The notes under the pieces were generated by a model. The model made no database searches, was not told the origin of the DNA, and saw nothing but the letters and a program-made list of their open reading frames with translations. Below are positions 62,401-64,000 of a stretch of 64,000 nt of DNA, one piece after another (the first letter of the stretch is position 1; each line of letters opens with the position of its first letter). The stretch covers positions 62,001-126,000 of the forward strand of contig NW_026921048.1 of the NCBI RefSeq assembly GCF_032062105.1, given 5' to 3'. Source of the DNA: Saccostrea cucullata. Taxonomy: Eukaryota. The translations under genes were made by a program, and so were the position numbers.

Positions 62401-63552
62401 AACTTCTTTCTACATTACAGCTTTCCTGAGAAATTACACAGCGACCAGGGACGTAACTTTGAGTCGAAAGTAATCCAAGAACTCTGCAAACTCCTAGGAA
62501 TAAAGAAAACAAGGACTACACCGTACCACCCGATGGGAAATGGCTCAGCTGAGCGATTCAACCAAACACTCATCAAGATGCTCTCAACACTCAACGAGAG
62601 GCAGAAGTCAGACTGGAAATCCCATGTTGCTCCACTCGTTCAAGCCTACAATGCGACCAGAAATGATGCAACGGGATACACTCCACACTACCTGATGTTC
62701 GGTTGGCATCCTAAGCTTCCCATAGATGTATTCTTTGGTATGGACTTGGAACACGAGAAAGGAGATCACCATGGTTATGTTGAGAAACTTAAGGACAGGA
62801 TGGTGTCAGCATATAGACATGCCTCTCAAGAAGCTAGGAGAATATCTGACAAGAACAAGAATAAGTATGACCAGAGAGTGAGGTTCTGTAAGCTGGAGAT
62901 TGGAGACAGAGTCCTTGTGCGGAAAGTAGGATTAAAGGGAAAGAATAAACTAGCAGACAGATGGGATTCAGAAGTTTATGTTATCACAGAAATTCCCAAT
63001 CCCGAGATCCCTGTTTTCAGAGTGAAGAGTACATCAGGACGAGCCACAAAGACACTGCACAGAAATATGCTGCTACCATTTAACCAGATACCAGCATGTG
63101 ACATTGATGAACCTGTTGTTTATAGGACACCTGTGACAAGGAGGAACAAGAAGCCTAAGAATTCTGATGAACTTACGGAGTCCGATTCTGAGAGTTCGGA
63201 TGATGAAGTAACAATTGAAGTGAAATCAAGGATACCCAGAAATAGAGATGAGTTCAGCAAAGAATCATCAGATCAACACAGTGTATCAAGATCTAAAGTT
63301 TCTAGTGTATCAGATGGTACTAATCAAAATATTTCTTCATTTCAGAATTCAAGTCCTTCCTTTCAGAGTGTGAGTTCTCCCAGACAGTCAGGTTACACCA
63401 GTGAGTCAGACAGCAGTAGTACCAGAGCTTCTGTGAGCGGTCCACATAGTCAGTTTATTTCAGACCAATCACAGTCGCCTTTACCGATTTTGCCGAGACG
63501 GTCGACCAGAATGAAAAAATTCCCAGATCGGTATGGGGAATGGATAATGTAA
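59401..63552 (+). CDS. pol: Pol polyprotein (protease, RT, RNase H, integrase), probably expressed as gag-pol
   Basis: ALLDSGS protease; LDLRSGYWQ and IFLDDIL RT; LHTDAS RNase H; H..H..C..C zinc finger and CIDF/HSDQG/GSAERFN DDE integrase; Ser-rich tail ending PRRSTRMKKFPDRYG. No stops in 1383 codons. Confidence 0.96.
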   Translation: MVSTSGRGETSVLRGNGQQIKCDMIGESNEVEIVLQGVTMMNALLDSGSMITTLSDKEYNNLIDKPELKELSTLGLQISVADGSVLQYKGYIECTIKILDIELFVPIVIVPDTEFNRHCPVIVGTNILRICRDYYSHMSCQLPDAWQLAIDSTQCKSYCVKTTSKKNITIEPYQSLVVNGIARGVDRNISTLVTENSHSNDSYAVCPRVVTLSQNIVKPKVKVKVCNISAKPITLRPNSILCSLQEAKVIESVSTLKGNNSQSDKVNPIELGVKVDRTSLSEPQFKTVNQLLTRYSHVFSRGPLDLGKTDLVKHSIKLEDKTPFKLPYRRIPPGMYDEVRQHIKEMLEAGVIRESHSNYSSNVVLVRKTDGSLRFCIDMRVLNSKTRKDSYMLPRFDDVIDTLSGAKYFSKLDLRSGYWQVEIEEQDKHKTAFSVGNFGFYECNRMCFGLTNAPATFQRLMEKCMGEIHLKECLIFLDDILIFSKTFEEHCKRLERVFQRLEEHGLKLKPSKCEFFKQSVTYLGHIISESGISTDPEKVAAVAEWPTPTNVKELRQFLGFIGYYRRFVKNFASIIAPLNNLLKGHETKTSKKQKALSKPNSKKKPVPWIWTETEEKAFRDIKEKLTTPPILGYAEYNKPFILHTDASSKGLGAILYQVQGGQKRVIAYASRGLRPSEKNYAAHKLEFLALKWAVCDKLHDYLYGNQFEVITDNNPLTYIFTKAKLDATSQRWVASLTNYNFQISYRSGNLNADADGLSRKPVVFKDTVKALCNAASVQIPCCQSVSKEDAPQAADEEIFPSDTLSSHDWIEEQSRDQAINRVLQILKSDFRPRGGNIRKESPDVQRYMRILKKLQVVDGVLCKTAFQDGKRSYQLVVPESFRSVALQGIHDDVGHPGKDKTLWLARQRFYWPGMENDITRKIETCNRCICSKTPVRPAAELIPIVTTRPMELVCIDFLSLEQSKGGFESILVITDHFTRFAQAIPCKNQTAHTTAKALFDNFFLHYSFPEKLHSDQGRNFESKVIQELCKLLGIKKTRTTPYHPMGNGSAERFNQTLIKMLSTLNERQKSDWKSHVAPLVQAYNATRNDATGYTPHYLMFGWHPKLPIDVFFGMDLEHEKGDHHGYVEKLKDRMVSAYRHASQEARRISDKNKNKYDQRVRFCKLEIGDRVLVRKVGLKGKNKLADRWDSEVYVITEIPNPEIPVFRVKSTSGRATKTLHRNMLLPFNQIPACDIDEPVVYRTPVTRRNKKPKNSDELTESDSESSDDEVTIEVKSRIPRNRDEFSKESSDQHSVSRSKVSSVSDGTNQNISSFQNSSPSFQSVSSPRQSGYTSESDSSSTRASVSGPHSQFISDQSQSPLPILPRRSTRMKKFPDRYGEWIM

Positions 63553-64000
63553 ACGGTTTTTTATGATATTGCTTTATGCCGAGAACCGATTTTTATGCTG
63601 AAAACTGCTTTTATGCCGAAATGTTTTTATGATGCAGTTTACCCGGGATTTTAATGAATTAAAATAAAAATTTAAAAAAAAAAAAAATTATTATAATAAT
63701 GACCATATTCATTATTCCCCTAATCCTTAAACTCATTGTATATAATAATTTGTGTCTAGTGTTTATGGGATTAGCTCTTAAAAGTTGTAAAACTTTAATG
63801 AGGTGTATTGAGGTACGTGTAAATAGTTTCATGACTTGTGTGTCATATGGAGTATGGAGGAATTCATTGGTCAGGTATTCCTACATTGATTGGTACATTT
63901 GTATATTATGTGTCTTGTTGATGTTTGAAGTTTGATGGTCATTGATGAGGTTTTAATTTAATTACTTGATTTCATGGTGGTGAGTTGTATCAAGTAAATT

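Larger units (their letters stand above)
56466..64000 (+). mobile_element. Ty3/Gypsy LTR retrotransposon with intact ORFs; 3' LTR not within the window
   Basis: 5' LTR, PBS, ~1.16-kb leader, gag, and pol in PR-RT-RH-IN order. Confidence 0.95.

Noticed and set aside
63553-64000. env-like third ORF or 3' LTR
   Set aside because: Only a 78-aa low-complexity ORF and no match to the LTR start tgtaaccagg; the element is cut by the window edge.

Overview
AT-rich, repeat-dense animal genomic DNA with spliceosomal introns and two N gaps. The repeat and gene families suggest a bivalve, most likely an oyster (inference). Host genes: (1) a complete 3-exon cyclase-family metallo-amidohydrolase (isatin hydrolase/KynB-like) with a signal peptide and GPI-like tail, plus exon 1 of a tandem paralogue; (2) a TRIM/NHL pseudogene fragment; (3) a 3-coding-exon CHST11-like Golgi sulfotransferase; (4) two 4-exon Tyr-rich single-pass PPxY membrane proteins (CYYR1/Shisa-like), plus an extra in-phase terminal exon; (5) two tandem UDP-glycosyltransferases with intronless CDSs. 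The right end is an apparently intact Ty3/Gypsy retrotransposon (5' LTR, PBS, PNMA-like gag, -1 frameshift signal, pol); its 3' LTR is not in the window. The rest is mostly non-autonomous elements: Kolobok-like, mariner-like, IS3EU, hAT-like, EnSpm-like, Helentron-type HINEs, tRNA SINEs and Penelope-like 3' ends. Most notable observations: recurrent TA>TACATGTA insertions that look like transposon excision footprints; tiny receptors with a Tyr/Ser-rich two-Cys ectodomain (one has a 9-Tyr run) and a possible alternative PPxY tail; a surface-anchored cyclase; and a slippery site plus predicted pseudoknot in a gag that lacks a zinc knuckle. All exon models and counts were done by hand, without database searches.
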